Notes: generated by a model from the letters alone, not told the origin. A stretch of 64,000 nt of DNA from Parcubacteria bacterium C7867-006 (GCA_001189155.1 LFCP01000004.1:133618-197617), one strand, 5' to 3'; counted from the first letter of the stretch, positions 19,023 through 29,827 are shown. Program-made: numbers and translations.

Positions 19023-19268
19023 TTAAACTTTCTTGTACCTACCAACAAGTTCGGACTTGATGGCGTACACAACGCCACCATCGCCAATAGTCCGCATTGG
19101 CACAACAAACATTCTCTTCGTGCTCTCGTCATTCGGGTTGATCCTCACCTCCTCTTTCCTCTGTCTTTGAATCTCGACAGTGGTTCCAGAATACCAAACA
19201 CCGATCCAGACGAGCTCTCTCAAGCGCTCTCTGTAAACAGAGATGTCGTCGGTAAGTCTAACAATCAT
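19023..19268 (-). CDS. Hypothetical protein (GC-rich cassette E)
   Basis: 81-aa ORF with AGGAGA RBS 5 nt upstream and a TTGACA -35-like box; GC-rich. Confidence 0.35.
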   Translation of the reverse strand: MIVRLTDDISVYRERLRELVWIGVWYSGTTVEIQRQRKEEVRINPNDESTKRMFVVPMRTIGDGGVVYAIKSELVGRYKKV

Positions 19269-19337
19269 AAAGTCTCCTGATAATTAGGTTACCTTTTTAA
19301 ATAGTGGTGTCAATTATTTTGCTATACTATATATATT

Positions 19338-20192
19338 ATGGAAATCAGGGATCTTCCAAAGAAAGACTTTCCTCCACTCTTGAATGAAATAAACGACCCA
19401 CCAAAGTCACTCAGAATTATTGGTGAGTTACCGAAAACAGAAAAATATCTAGCGGTTGTTGGTTCTAGAAAATATAGTGAGTATGGAAAAGCTGTTTGCG
19501 AAAAACTGATAGAGGGGCTGCGAGGTTATCCTATTACTATAGTATCAGGCCTTGCACTTGGTATTGATTCTATTGGTCACAAAGCTGCAATAAAAGCTGG
19601 ACTACCAACAATTGCAATCCCCGGTTCTGGTCTTTCTCCAAAAGTTTTATATCCATCAAGCCACCAGAACCTAGCAAAAGAGATAGTAGAAAATGGCGGA
19701 TGCTTACTTTCAGAATTTGAAGACAATACTCCTGGATATCCATCAAACTTTCCACAAAGAAACAGAATCATTGCTGGAATGTCCCATACAACTTTAGTTA
19801 TCGAAGCTGAACTTAAATCTGGGACTTTAATTACCTCAAAATACGCTATTGAATATAACCGTGATGTGTTCACGGTTCCTAACTCAATATTTTCAAAAAC
19901 ATCCGAAGGACCGCACATGCTACTCCGACTAGGAGCCACACCCATAACACAGTCCAGTGATATCGTCACAGCACTTGGACTTACTCCACACGAAAATCTT
20001 TTTGAAAAAAGAGATTACAAAGACTGCTCTAGTGATGAACACGAAGTCATAAATCTCCTGTATGAACCAATGTCACGTGATGAAATTATTCAAAAGCTAG
20101 GTAAGCCTGTATATGTAACACAAACAATCCTAGCAACAATGGAAATCAAAGGAATCATAGAAGAAGTGTTGGGAGAGATTCATTTGAAATAG
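19338..20192 (+). CDS. dprA: DNA processing protein DprA (Smf)
   Basis: VVGSRKYSEYG...SGLALGIDSIGH Rossmann-like DprA motifs. Confidence 0.8.
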   Translation: MEIRDLPKKDFPPLLNEINDPPKSLRIIGELPKTEKYLAVVGSRKYSEYGKAVCEKLIEGLRGYPITIVSGLALGIDSIGHKAAIKAGLPTIAIPGSGLSPKVLYPSSHQNLAKEIVENGGCLLSEFEDNTPGYPSNFPQRNRIIAGMSHTTLVIEAELKSGTLITSKYAIEYNRDVFTVPNSIFSKTSEGPHMLLRLGATPITQSSDIVTALGLTPHENLFEKRDYKDCSSDEHEVINLLYEPMSRDEIIQKLGKPVYVTQTILATMEIKGIIEEVLGEIHLK

Positions 20193-20233
20193 TTTTTTAT
20201 TTCACGTATAAATAATGTAGAACTGGAGGGTTC

Positions 20234-20500
20234 ATGATACTCGCACTTGAAAAAATGTTGGTCGATGTCCCGATTTCTGCTGGAGACAGACTGCAGTGGA
20301 ACAACGAAGGTAAGTTTATCACTGCTCAGGCGCAAAGTGGGAAACCACTCTACTGGCACGGCAACCAGCTGAAGAAGATGGCTAGCTGGCTGCGGAGCGA
20401 CGAACAGTTCGACAGCTATGTGATGATTCTGGCAGAAATACTGAATCTCAAGGCTGTCCTCGTTGAAGGTGAACGTCACAGGACTTATCGATTTGAGTGA
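20234..20500 (+). CDS. Hypothetical protein (GC-rich cassette F, inserted between dprA and topA)
   Basis: 88 aa; GGAGGG RBS 5 nt upstream; a GC hairpin (CGGCTCCG...CGGAGCCG) follows. Confidence 0.4.
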   Translation: MILALEKMLVDVPISAGDRLQWNNEGKFITAQAQSGKPLYWHGNQLKKMASWLRSDEQFDSYVMILAEILNLKAVLVEGERHRTYRFE

Positions 20501-20614
20501 TGTTCTTTCGCTCACACACGGCTCCGCGCAACACTGCGCCGGAGCCGTTAAACTTTATAAAAAATAATATGTTAAATTGGACAAAATTTATTTTTATAGT
20601 AATACTAGATAGCA

Positions 20615-22822
20615 ATGACAAAATTATTAATTGTTGAGTCTCCAGCAAAAGCAAAGACAATTTCAAAATATCTGGACGGAAAATATAAAGTAGTTGCTTC
20701 GGTTGGACATGTTAGAGATCTCCCAAAATCAAACAAAAAAGCCATTGATATCGAGGGTGGTTTTGTGCCACATTATGAAATCTCAAAAGGTAAAGACAAG
20801 GTAGTAGAAGAAATAGCATCACTTGCTAAAAAAGCAGATGAGATTCTTCTTGCTACCGACCCAGATCGTGAAGGAGAAGCTATCGCTTGGCACGTTGCCC
20901 AAGCAACTGGAATGAAAAATCCTAAACGGGTTGTATTTCATGAGATTACAGAAGAAGCGGTAAAAGAAGCGATCCAGCATCCACGTAAAATAGATATGAA
21001 CCTAAAAGAGGCTCAGGAAGCTAGACGAGTCCTAGATAGGCTTGTAGGTTATGATCTATCTGGACTTATTTGGAAAAAAGTTAGATATGGTCTTTCTGCT
21101 GGTCGAGTACAATCCCCTGCACTTCGAATAATAATGGAAAGAGAAAGAGAGATTCGAGCTTTTAAAAGTCATACTTTTTGGGTTATTTCAGCAGATGTTG
21201 AAAGCAAAGATGGAAAAGCTTTTAATATAGTATGTGAAGACGAGCCAACAGATAAAAAAGTACTAGATGAAATAGTTGCAACTGCTGAAAAAGCTGGCAA
21301 AGCCGGTGAATGGTTTATAAAAGATGTAAAAGAATCAAATGTAAAAAAATCTCCGCGTGCACCGTTCATTACATCCACACTACAACAGGCGGCATCATCT
21401 AGATTAGGGTTTGCTCCATCTAGAACTATGGGTATTGCACAGAAACTATACGAGGAAGGTCATATTACATATATGAGAACTGACTCAACCAACCTAAGTA
21501 AAGTCGCTATCACTCAAATCGAGGATATTGTTACAAAAAAATACGGAAAAGAATATCTGCAGGTCAGAACATATAGTGCAAAAAGTAAAAATGCTCAAGA
21601 GGCACACGAGGCGATACGACCAACACATTTTAATGTTGAAAATGCTGGACACACAGATGAACAGAAAAAACTTTATAAACTCATCTGGGAAAGAGCGGTT
21701 TCCTCTCAAATGTCAGACGCTCAAACTCTCCGAACAAAAATAACCGCCAACATAAAGGGAGAAACTATTCCAGATTTCTCTATCACAGGTTCCCAAATAA
21801 AGTTTGCAGGATGGCTATTAGGAGATCCGGATTCAAGAGGAGATGATGTGGAACTTCCAAAAGTTTCTGCTGGAGATAAACTAGGTTTCCAAAAAATAAA
21901 TACTGAAGAAAAACAAACTGAACCACCAGGAAGATATTCGGAAGCTGGTTTAGTTAAAGAACTTGAGAAAAGAGGCATTGGAAGACCTTCTACATATGCA
22001 TCTATCATAAAAACCCTAGAAGACAGGGGTTATGTTGAGAAAGTTAATAAAGCTTTAGTCCCAACAGATACAGGAGATGTTGTATCAAGTTTTCTAGAAG
22101 CAAACTTCCCTACATATATTTCAGATGGATTTACTGCTGAAATGGAAGATAAACTAGACCTCATCGCAGAAGGAAAAGAAGAATACGTGAAGACTCTGAA
22201 AACTTTTTACAAACCTTTTCTAGCTGAAGTAAAAAGCAAAGACAAAATGGATAAAGTCACTAACCTGGGAGATGCAGATCCAAAGTTTAAGTGCCCTATT
22301 TGTGGAAGTTCTATGATTATTAAACTTTCTCGTTCAGGAAAGTTCCTATCATGTTCTAGATATCCAGACTGTGAAGGAGCACTAACGATGGATGGTGTAG
22401 AAATCAAAAAAGATGCACCTATTGGTAACGATCCAGAAACTGGACTACCTATATTTGTTCTGTTCGGAAAATATGGACCATATGTACAACTCGGCGAAAG
22501 AGTAAAAGGTAAAGGAAGTAAAAAGGCTCCAAAACCAAGAATGGCAAGTGTTCCAAAAGAAAAAGATTTAAATTCTGTTACTGTAGATGATGCACTAGTG
22601 TACCTTTCACTCCCACGAATATTAGGAAAACATCCAGAAACTGGAGAGAATATTACAGCAAACATCGGACGATTTGGCCCATATATTGCACACAACACAA
22701 AACCTAAAGCAGACTTTAGATCACTAAAGACTGACGATGTGTATAAAATAGACCTCCCACGAGCATTAGAAATACTGAAAGAAGAAAAAAAGAAACGTGG
22801 TTTTGCAAAAAAAGCAAAATAG
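20615..22822 (+). CDS. topA: DNA topoisomerase I
   Basis: TOPRIM domain, active-site Tyr region and C-terminal Zn-ribbon CxxC motifs. Confidence 0.9.
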   Translation: MTKLLIVESPAKAKTISKYLDGKYKVVASVGHVRDLPKSNKKAIDIEGGFVPHYEISKGKDKVVEEIASLAKKADEILLATDPDREGEAIAWHVAQATGMKNPKRVVFHEITEEAVKEAIQHPRKIDMNLKEAQEARRVLDRLVGYDLSGLIWKKVRYGLSAGRVQSPALRIIMEREREIRAFKSHTFWVISADVESKDGKAFNIVCEDEPTDKKVLDEIVATAEKAGKAGEWFIKDVKESNVKKSPRAPFITSTLQQAASSRLGFAPSRTMGIAQKLYEEGHITYMRTDSTNLSKVAITQIEDIVTKKYGKEYLQVRTYSAKSKNAQEAHEAIRPTHFNVENAGHTDEQKKLYKLIWERAVSSQMSDAQTLRTKITANIKGETIPDFSITGSQIKFAGWLLGDPDSRGDDVELPKVSAGDKLGFQKINTEEKQTEPPGRYSEAGLVKELEKRGIGRPSTYASIIKTLEDRGYVEKVNKALVPTDTGDVVSSFLEANFPTYISDGFTAEMEDKLDLIAEGKEEYVKTLKTFYKPFLAEVKSKDKMDKVTNLGDADPKFKCPICGSSMIIKLSRSGKFLSCSRYPDCEGALTMDGVEIKKDAPIGNDPETGLPIFVLFGKYGPYVQLGERVKGKGSKKAPKPRMASVPKEKDLNSVTVDDALVYLSLPRILGKHPETGENITANIGRFGPYIAHNTKPKADFRSLKTDDVYKIDLPRALEILKEEKKKRGFAKKAK

Positions 22823-22864
22823 CTCAAGATTGTTTTTAGTTTAGTTTTAACTACAATTAATAGT

Positions 22865-24358
22865 ATGAATGATATAAAGGAGATATTCTCCTTATTAAAC
22901 AACCCCACAGAAGAAGATAAAGCCTTAATACAAAAGGCCTATGATTTCGCGCAAAAAGCCCACACTGGAGGAGTTAGAAAAAGCGGAGAACCTTATTTTA
23001 ACCATCTTTTCGGTACGGCAAAAAATATTGCAGAACTTGGAATGAGTTCAACAACAATAGCTGCCGGTTTTCTTCACGACATAATAGAGGATACAAATGT
23101 AACCCCAGATGAACTCAAAAAAGAATTTGGAGATGAGATACTTTTCCTTGTTGAAGGTGTTACAAAACTTGGGAAAATCCGCCACCACGGCACAGCTAGG
23201 TATGATGAAAGTTTAAGAAAACTTTTTGTTGCAATGTCTCAAGACATTAGAGTACTTATAATAAAACTCTGCGACAGACTTCACAATATGATGACTCTCG
23301 AACATGTTCCAAAAGAAAAACAACTCAGAATTGCAAAAGAAACTCTAGAAATATATGCCCCTATCGCCTACCGATTGGGAATCAAAAAACTTCAACGTGA
23401 TCTAGAAGACACGGCTTTTAAATATGTTTACCCGAATGAATATGAAGAAATAAGAAAAATAATGAAGGCAAAAAGGGAGAAAATCGAAATTGAGCTAACA
23501 AAATTTGAAAAACTCCTAAAAAAAGAGTTGGCGAAAAATAATTTTACAGATTTTCACATAGATCATCGTGTAAAAAGTATGTACTCTCTTTTTAAGAAAC
23601 TAAAAAAATACAAAGGTGATGTAGAAAGTATATATGATATATCTGCTCTACGTGTGACAGTAAAAGAAGTCGCTGATTGTTACAAAGTTTTGGGCATTGT
23701 CCATAGTAACTGGCGACCTCTACCAGAGAGAATAAAAGACTATATTGCCTCCCCAAAACTTAATGGTTACCAGTCTATCCATACAACCATATTTACTGGT
23801 GATGGAGGAATTATTGAAGTTCAAATAAGAACACAAGAAATGGACAAAGAAGCTGAATACGGAATCGCTTCTCATGTTTCATACAAAGAAGGATTGAAGA
23901 AAAAAACAACAAATCCAAATCTACTATGGATAAGAAGTATCCTACCTGGGAAAAATATGTCTGGTAAAAAAACTTCTACATCAACTGATGTACCGAGTTG
24001 GATAAAAGAGTTAGTAGAATACCAAAATGAAGCAGGAGATGAGTTTATTGATGATATAAAAAACGACTTCTTTGAAGAAAGAATATTCGTATTTACCCCA
24101 AAAGGAGATGTTATAGATTTACCAAAAGACTCTTGTGTTATTGATTTCGCCTATGCGATACATACAGACATTGGTGACCATATTTCATCGGCGAAAATAA
24201 ATGGAAGGTTTTTAGCTATAACAACTACACTAAAAAATGGAGACAGAGTAGAAGTTGAAACAAAAAAGGGTGCAAAACCAAGTTTCAAATGGATTGAGTT
24301 CTGCAAAACAACGATGGCTAGAAGAAAAATAAATCAGGCACTAGGAATTATCAAATAA
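22865..24358 (+). CDS. rel: Bifunctional (p)ppGpp synthetase/hydrolase (RelA/SpoT family, short)
   Basis: HD hydrolase HDIIED, synthetase domain and TGS domain. Confidence 0.85.
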   Translation: MNDIKEIFSLLNNPTEEDKALIQKAYDFAQKAHTGGVRKSGEPYFNHLFGTAKNIAELGMSSTTIAAGFLHDIIEDTNVTPDELKKEFGDEILFLVEGVTKLGKIRHHGTARYDESLRKLFVAMSQDIRVLIIKLCDRLHNMMTLEHVPKEKQLRIAKETLEIYAPIAYRLGIKKLQRDLEDTAFKYVYPNEYEEIRKIMKAKREKIEIELTKFEKLLKKELAKNNFTDFHIDHRVKSMYSLFKKLKKYKGDVESIYDISALRVTVKEVADCYKVLGIVHSNWRPLPERIKDYIASPKLNGYQSIHTTIFTGDGGIIEVQIRTQEMDKEAEYGIASHVSYKEGLKKKTTNPNLLWIRSILPGKNMSGKKTSTSTDVPSWIKELVEYQNEAGDEFIDDIKNDFFEERIFVFTPKGDVIDLPKDSCVIDFAYAIHTDIGDHISSAKINGRFLAITTTLKNGDRVEVETKKGAKPSFKWIEFCKTTMARRKINQALGIIK

Positions 24359-24376
24359 ACTCTTTACTGGATTTAA

Positions 24377-24398
24377 GAATTTCCAAATTTGGAAATTC
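24377..24398. terminator. Perfect 22-bp palindrome GAATTTCCAAATTTGGAAATTC between converging rel and parB
   Basis: Read directly; likely a bidirectional terminator hairpin. Confidence 0.45.
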
Positions 24399-24400
24399 TA

Positions 24401-25459
24401 CTATATTGAGAAATTTTTGATGGAGTACAACTGCTCATCATCTTGATTCTCCTCTTCTTTTTTTTGTTCAGGAGTTCTATCATCCAGATTTTCTGGCTCA
24501 CTCTTTAAATCTTCAATAGTCATCTCTGCGATACCTGGATCTCGAACATAATTTGGGATATTTTCATTTACTGGAGGGATAGGATTTGCCTCTATATGCC
24601 TATCCATTTTCTCAGTTGGAGAAACTGTTTTATTACTTTTTATTAATTCCAATATTTCATGCAAATCCTGTGGTGAGAAGAAATCTATTGTTATCTTTCC
24701 ACCATTATCTCTTTTTTCTATTGATACTCGTGTTCCAAGAGTCTCTGTGAGTTTCTCTTCCATTTCTTGAGTTTCTGGGTCCAAAGTTGCTCCTTTCTTT
24801 TTTATTTTATCGTAAGCAATTCTTCGTCCAATAGCCTCTGCCTCACGAACTGTGAGTTTTTTAAACATTATTTCTTTAAACAAAGTGGTCTGTTCCTCTG
24901 GTCTGTCACCCAACATCATAAGAGGTCTTGCGTGACCTTCTGATATTTTCCCTTGAGAAAGAGCATCTAAAATATCTGATGGGAGAGCCAGAAGACGGAT
25001 TGAGTTTGAAACATATTCACGACTTTTTCCAACTTTTTTTCCAATATCAACATGCTTAAAACCAAATTCATCAATAAGTCTCTGGAAGGCTCTGGCTCTA
25101 TCAACTGGATTTAGATCCTCTCGTTGAATATTTTCAATAATAGCAAGCTCAAGCTTCATCAAATCGTTCTCCTCATCACCCACCTTAATCAAAGCAGGGA
25201 CTTGAGTCAGTCCAGCAAGTTTTGATGCTCGAAGTCTTCTCTCTCCAGCAATCAATTCATATTCAACTGCAAGACCACCATCCTCTTTTGGAACTTCTTT
25301 TCTAGTAACAACTAGGGCTTGCAAAACACCATACTGACGGATTGAATCAGCCAAGCTTTGTAACTCCGGTTCACTGAATTCCCTTCTTGGTTGAAAAGGG
25401 TTAGGAACTATTTTATCGACATCTATCCAGAATACTGAATCATTATAGAATTGTGACAT
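24401..25459 (-). CDS. parB: Chromosome partitioning protein ParB/Spo0J
   Basis: ParB box ELIAGERRLRASKLAGL. Confidence 0.85.
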   Translation of the reverse strand: MSQFYNDSVFWIDVDKIVPNPFQPRREFSEPELQSLADSIRQYGVLQALVVTRKEVPKEDGGLAVEYELIAGERRLRASKLAGLTQVPALIKVGDEENDLMKLELAIIENIQREDLNPVDRARAFQRLIDEFGFKHVDIGKKVGKSREYVSNSIRLLALPSDILDALSQGKISEGHARPLMMLGDRPEEQTTLFKEIMFKKLTVREAEAIGRRIAYDKIKKKGATLDPETQEMEEKLTETLGTRVSIEKRDNGGKITIDFFSPQDLHEILELIKSNKTVSPTEKMDRHIEANPIPPVNENIPNYVRDPGIAEMTIEDLKSEPENLDDRTPEQKKEEENQDDEQLYSIKNFSI

Positions 25460-25501
25460 AAGGCAATTTTATCACACAAAAAAATCTGGCTCAACTTTGG
25501 G

Positions 25502-26584
25502 TTATTTAAAGTCCCCAACTAACTCTGGTTCAACATTTAGTTTTACGCCAAACTCATTTTTGATACTTTCACGAACTTTGTTCGATAAATCTATAACCTC
25601 TTTAGCTGTTCCAGAACCAGTAAAATTATTTATAACACCCGCATGACTTTCTAGTATTTTTACTCCACCATTCACTACCCCTTTAAAACCCAGAACTTCT
25701 ATCAAAACCCCGTAAGGAACCTTCATACCCTGAGCTACGGTAAAAGAAGCTTTTTTATTCTTAATATCATTAGCTTTATCCAAAAAACCCTTCTGTTCTA
25801 ATTTTTTTATTATTTCTTCATACTTTTTTTCATCAATAACTTCAGCGTTCCAAAAGCTCCCAACCGTTCCATCAACTGGGCTTTTGGGAAATGGAAACTT
25901 ACTATCTCTTATTGAGATAACAGCTTCACGGATTGATTTGAGTGTCGGTTCTTTTTGTGGATGGTTTGTAAAATATTTTGTAAAATCACCATATTTTAAA
26001 TTTAATTCTCCGAATTTATGTAAACAAAATGTTACACTCGTAACAACATACTTTCCTTTATGTTGATTAATATCATTTAAACAACTCTTTCTATAAGAAA
26101 AATTTAAATCAGATTTTGATAAAACTTTTTCTTTCAATGATTCAATATCTACTACCTTAACAGACACAATGCAACTAGAAACCTCCTGACCATATGCCCC
26201 TATATTCTGAACAACAGATGCTCCTACAGATCCAGGAATGTGTGATAAATTTTCAATACCATATAAACCACGATCAATACAAAATTTCACAAAGCCATCC
26301 CAACTCTCTCCTGCACCAACTTCGAAAGTAGAACTATTTTCATCATCACAAACCAACTCAATACTAGGAATTAAAATTTTTATAACCAAACCATCAAAAC
26401 CAGAATCAGATATTATGATATTGCTACCTCCACCTAAAATAAAATGATTAATATTTTTTTCTTTGGCGAAAGATATGGCTTTTTTCAGCTCTAGAATAGA
26501 AGAGGCTTCAACAAAATATCTAGCATTTCCACCAACATACATACTTGTTAAAGGTCTGAGATTGTGGTTCTCTAATATCTTCAT
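25502..26584 (-). CDS. murB: UDP-N-acetylenolpyruvoylglucosamine reductase
   Basis: FAD-binding GGGSN motif; start chosen at MKILENH (the track ORF extends 40 codons upstream). Confidence 0.8.
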   Translation of the reverse strand: MKILENHNLRPLTSMYVGGNARYFVEASSILELKKAISFAKEKNINHFILGGGSNIIISDSGFDGLVIKILIPSIELVCDDENSSTFEVGAGESWDGFVKFCIDRGLYGIENLSHIPGSVGASVVQNIGAYGQEVSSCIVSVKVVDIESLKEKVLSKSDLNFSYRKSCLNDINQHKGKYVVTSVTFCLHKFGELNLKYGDFTKYFTNHPQKEPTLKSIREAVISIRDSKFPFPKSPVDGTVGSFWNAEVIDEKKYEEIIKKLEQKGFLDKANDIKNKKASFTVAQGMKVPYGVLIEVLGFKGVVNGGVKILESHAGVINNFTGSGTAKEVIDLSNKVRESIKNEFGVKLNVEPELVGDFK

Positions 26585-26623
26585 AATTATTACCAATATA
26601 TCACATATGATATAATCCCAAAT

Positions 26624-27955
26624 GTGAAAAAAACTGAAAAAATACAAAAAAATACTGATGATTTTAAGATAATTGGTGGGAAAAAACTTTCTGGAACAAT
26701 ACAAACAAATTATTCAAAAAATGGTGCGATGGGGCTTTTCTGTGCATCATTACTAAATAAAGACATAACTATACTTCATGGTATTCCTCGTATAGAAGAA
26801 ATAGCTAGAGCTATGGAAATATTTGAAAGTATAGGAGTAAAGACAGAGTGGACTGGAAAAAATACTGTAAAAATAACTCCTCCTAAAAAATTCAAAATAA
26901 ATAACATAGATATGAAATCTGCCGGCAGAATACGTTCTGTACTAATGATGATAGGTTCTCTAATACACTCTGAAAATAAATTCAATATTCCACATGAAGG
27001 AGGTTGCAAAATGGGACAAAGAACGATCGCCGCACACAGATATGGCCTAGAGTCTCTGGGAGTAAAAATCGTAACAAAAGAAACGCATTATGAAGTGAGT
27101 CACAAAAAACTTAAACCAGCTGATATTGTCCTATATGAAGCCAGCGACACAGCAACAGAAAACCTACTGATGGCGGCGTCTCTTGTACCAGGAAAAACCG
27201 TACTACGTTTTTGCCCGCCAAACTATCAAGTTCAGGAGGTTTGTTTTTTCCTAGAAAAATGCGGAGTTAAAATAGAGGGTATTGGAACAACAACATTAAC
27301 CATACATGGGATAAAAGAAATAAATCAAAAGATAGAATACCACAACAGTGAAGACCCTATAGAATCTATGATGTTTATATCTGCTGCAATAGTTACAAAT
27401 TCAAAGCTAACTATAACGAGATGCCCTATTGATTTTCTATCTTTGGAAATACTGAAACTAGAAAAAATGGGGTTGAAATATGAAAAATCAAAAGAATATT
27501 TAGCGGAAAATGGTGGAACAAAACTAGTAGACATAACTGTTCACCCTTCAAAGCTAAAAGCTTTATATGACAAAATACATGCATCTGCATACCCAGGAAT
27601 AAACACAGACAACCTACCATTCTTTGTCCCGATAGCTACTCAGGCAAAAGGAACTACACTAGTACACGACTGGATGTGGGAAAATAGAGCCATCTATTTT
27701 ACCGAACTGAACAAGCTTGGTGCAAATATTGTCCTAGCTGACCAACACAGAGTTTTAGTGCAAGGCCCAACCGAACTAAAAGCAAACCAAGTTGTCTGCC
27801 CTCCTGCCCTACGACCAGCTATGATAGTTTTTGTATCAATGCTCGGAGCAAAAGGAACTTCAATATTAAGAAATGTTTATTCAATAAAACGAGGCTACGA
27901 AAATATAGCTGAAAGACTAAATGCAATAGGTGCTGAAGTTACAATATTAGATTAG
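26624..27955 (+). CDS. murA: UDP-N-acetylglucosamine 1-carboxyvinyltransferase
   Basis: EPSP-synthase fold motifs; typical MurA length. Confidence 0.85.
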   Translation: MKKTEKIQKNTDDFKIIGGKKLSGTIQTNYSKNGAMGLFCASLLNKDITILHGIPRIEEIARAMEIFESIGVKTEWTGKNTVKITPPKKFKINNIDMKSAGRIRSVLMMIGSLIHSENKFNIPHEGGCKMGQRTIAAHRYGLESLGVKIVTKETHYEVSHKKLKPADIVLYEASDTATENLLMAASLVPGKTVLRFCPPNYQVQEVCFFLEKCGVKIEGIGTTTLTIHGIKEINQKIEYHNSEDPIESMMFISAAIVTNSKLTITRCPIDFLSLEILKLEKMGLKYEKSKEYLAENGGTKLVDITVHPSKLKALYDKIHASAYPGINTDNLPFFVPIATQAKGTTLVHDWMWENRAIYFTELNKLGANIVLADQHRVLVQGPTELKANQVVCPPALRPAMIVFVSMLGAKGTSILRNVYSIKRGYENIAERLNAIGAEVTILD

Positions 27956-27956
27956 T

Positions 27957-27990
27957 AAAAACAACCTCATAAAGAGGTTGTTTTTATTTG
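27957..27990 (+). terminator. Intrinsic terminator after murA
   Basis: aacaacctcataaagaggttgttttt. Confidence 0.6.
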
Positions 27991-28010
27991 GTGCCGGAGG
28001 AGGGACTCGA
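27991..28010. repeat. 20-nt direct repeat of the tRNA-Leu(CAA) 3' end (gtgccggaggagggactcga)
   Basis: Identical to 28137..28156 inside or next to the tRNA gene. Confidence 0.6.
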
Positions 28011-28076
28011 GTCTTACAGACTCAGTACTCCAATTGGATATTTTTTCAAAATATCTCAATCGGGTTTCGAGTCCTC
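28003..28076 (-). repeat. tRNA-linked structured repeat, copy E1 (outer stem GGACTCGA/TCGAGTCC)
   Basis: Shares GAGAT(A)TTTT...AAAAATATCCAA...TACTGA..CTGTAAG..TCGAGTC architecture with copies at 38840..38925 and 39233..39327. Confidence 0.5.
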
Positions 28077-28137
28077 ACGAAAGTCAAAACATGACTTTCT
28101 CTCCGGCATGCAAAAATCCCCTTTCGGGGATTTGTTG

Positions 28138-28219
28138 TGCCGGAGGAGGGACTCGAACCCTCACGCCTTGCGACACACGATTTTGAGTCGTGCGCGTATA
28201 CCAATTCCGCCACTCCGGC
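28138..28219 (-). tRNA. tRNA-Leu (anticodon CAA)
   Basis: Cloverleaf folded by hand: acceptor GCCGGAG/CTCCGGC, anticodon loop CTCAAAA, long variable arm, T-loop TTCGAGT. Confidence 0.8.
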
Positions 28220-28298
28220 ATAAAACCAATATAACATATTTTAATATAAAGTTCAGGGCCGACAAACACTAGCGCTTGTCGGACCCTGACTGCAGTCA

Positions 28299-28814
28299 TT
28301 ACCCCTTCTTCAGAACTAATCTTGGCAAATTCTGAGTAATGGGTAGAGACACAAGTGTCTTTGCTTTGTACAACCTGAAAGCTTCTTGGCGATTGCCATC
28401 AAGAAGATTCGAGATCCTTATGCCGAGTCTCGAAACAGCCTGAGGTTTCGCTTGGGTGGTCGAAGGATAGCACAGAAAGGTAGCATCGTCGTGCACAGGC
28501 TCTGCTCCATATCCAAGTGTACGCAAAGCAGTGCACAAACAGAATGCAAGCCTCTCAGCCCTAGCAAACACAGGGCTAGTTGCGTATCCAATTGGATGAA
28601 TTTCGTTCGCGAGCCAGACGATGCTGAAGTCATCTTTCAGCTTACCGTCAACCTTTCTCTTTGAGGCAACTTGCGCTGCGTTGAAGACCTTCTTCTCGAG
28701 CTTAAAATTCAGCTGGAGAGATGGTTGAAGTCGAAGCTTGTGCCACTCCTTCACTCCCACTTCAACAAACTTGTTCCATTCATCGCTACCAACTGCTCGC
28801 ACCCAGTATTTCAT
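28299..28814 (-). CDS. Hypothetical protein (GC-rich cassette G, adjacent to tRNA-Leu)
   Basis: 171-aa ORF in DNA of about 52% GC; no family recognised. Confidence 0.4.
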   Translation of the reverse strand: MKYWVRAVGSDEWNKFVEVGVKEWHKLRLQPSLQLNFKLEKKVFNAAQVASKRKVDGKLKDDFSIVWLANEIHPIGYATSPVFARAERLAFCLCTALRTLGYGAEPVHDDATFLCYPSTTQAKPQAVSRLGIRISNLLDGNRQEAFRLYKAKTLVSLPITQNLPRLVLKKG

Positions 28815-28868
28815 TTCGCAATCTCCTTGCCGAAATAACCTGTCCGTTGTACAGTTTGTCTTATTAAA

Positions 28869-29795
28869 ATGAAAAAATCAAGTTTTAAAAATAATCCAAT
28901 AAAACCTAAAATACTAGTTATCCTTGGTCCAACAGCCACAGGCAAAAGTGACCTAGCTGTTAAACTCGCTAAAAAATATAATGGTGAGATTATTTCTGCT
29001 GATTCAAGACAAGTATACAAAGGTTTAGATATCGGCACAGGAAAAATCACTAAAAAAGAGATGCTAGGGATTCCGCACTACATGCTAAACGTCATATCTC
29101 CTAAAAAAGTATTCTCTGTTTCTGATTTTCAAAAACTAGCTAATGCAAAAATAGAAGAAATAATTTCAAAAGGAAAACTCCCTATAATAGTTGGAGGAAC
29201 AGGATTCTATATTCAATCAATCGTAGATGGAATAGTTCTACCAGAAGTTCCTCCAAATAAAAAACTCAGAAAAGAATTAGAGAAAAAAAATATTGATGAG
29301 TTAGTTTTAATGCTAGAAAAAATTGATAAAGAAAGACTAAAAAATATAGATAAAAACAACCCTGTACGACTGATAAGAGCTATTGAAATAGCAGAAAAAC
29401 TTGGCTCTGTGCCAAAGATAAAAACACAAAAAAGTAACTATGATTTTATACAAATCGGTCTTAACCTCCCAGAGGGAGAAATAAAAGAAAAAATACACAA
29501 AAGACTCCTAGCAAGAATTAAAAAAGGAATGATGAAAGAAGCAGAGAAAATTCATAAAAATGGCTTATCCTGGAAACGTATGCGAGAACTAGGACTTGAG
29601 TATCGATACCTGGCAGATTTTCTGGAAAAAATAATAGACCAAAAAGAACTCATTAATAAACTAGATTCCGAGATATATCATTACAGCAAAAGACAGATGA
29701 CTTGGTTTAAAAAAGATAAAAAAATTAAATGGTTCAATCCAAAAAATTTATTAAATATAGAAAAATTTGTTAATAACTCATTGATTAATAACTAG
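28869..29795 (+). CDS. miaA: tRNA dimethylallyltransferase
   Basis: P-loop GPTATGKS and DSRQVYKGLDIGT. Confidence 0.85.
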   Translation: MKKSSFKNNPIKPKILVILGPTATGKSDLAVKLAKKYNGEIISADSRQVYKGLDIGTGKITKKEMLGIPHYMLNVISPKKVFSVSDFQKLANAKIEEIISKGKLPIIVGGTGFYIQSIVDGIVLPEVPPNKKLRKELEKKNIDELVLMLEKIDKERLKNIDKNNPVRLIRAIEIAEKLGSVPKIKTQKSNYDFIQIGLNLPEGEIKEKIHKRLLARIKKGMMKEAEKIHKNGLSWKRMRELGLEYRYLADFLEKIIDQKELINKLDSEIYHYSKRQMTWFKKDKKIKWFNPKNLLNIEKFVNNSLINN

Positions 29796-29827
29796 CAATA
29801 TAGTAAAAATAAAAAAGGAGGACCGAC

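Noticed and set aside
18969-19280. Plus-strand 103-aa ORF overlapping cassette E
   Set aside because: The minus-strand frame has a good RBS (AGGAGA) and a TTGACA box. The plus frame is Pro/Leu-rich antisense-like. The call remains low confidence either way.
25502-26704. 400-aa version of murB starting at 26704
   Set aside because: The first 40 codons are AT-rich low-complexity sequence (FFSFFHIWDYI) with no homology to MurB. The conserved N-terminus begins at MKILENH (26584).
28084-28299. 71-aa ORF, plus 28046-28237 and 38556-38780, 38699-38896, 39091-39315 and 39133-39375 in the ORF track
   Set aside because: All lie across tRNA genes or the tRNA-linked repeats, so they are read-through artefacts of structured RNA regions.
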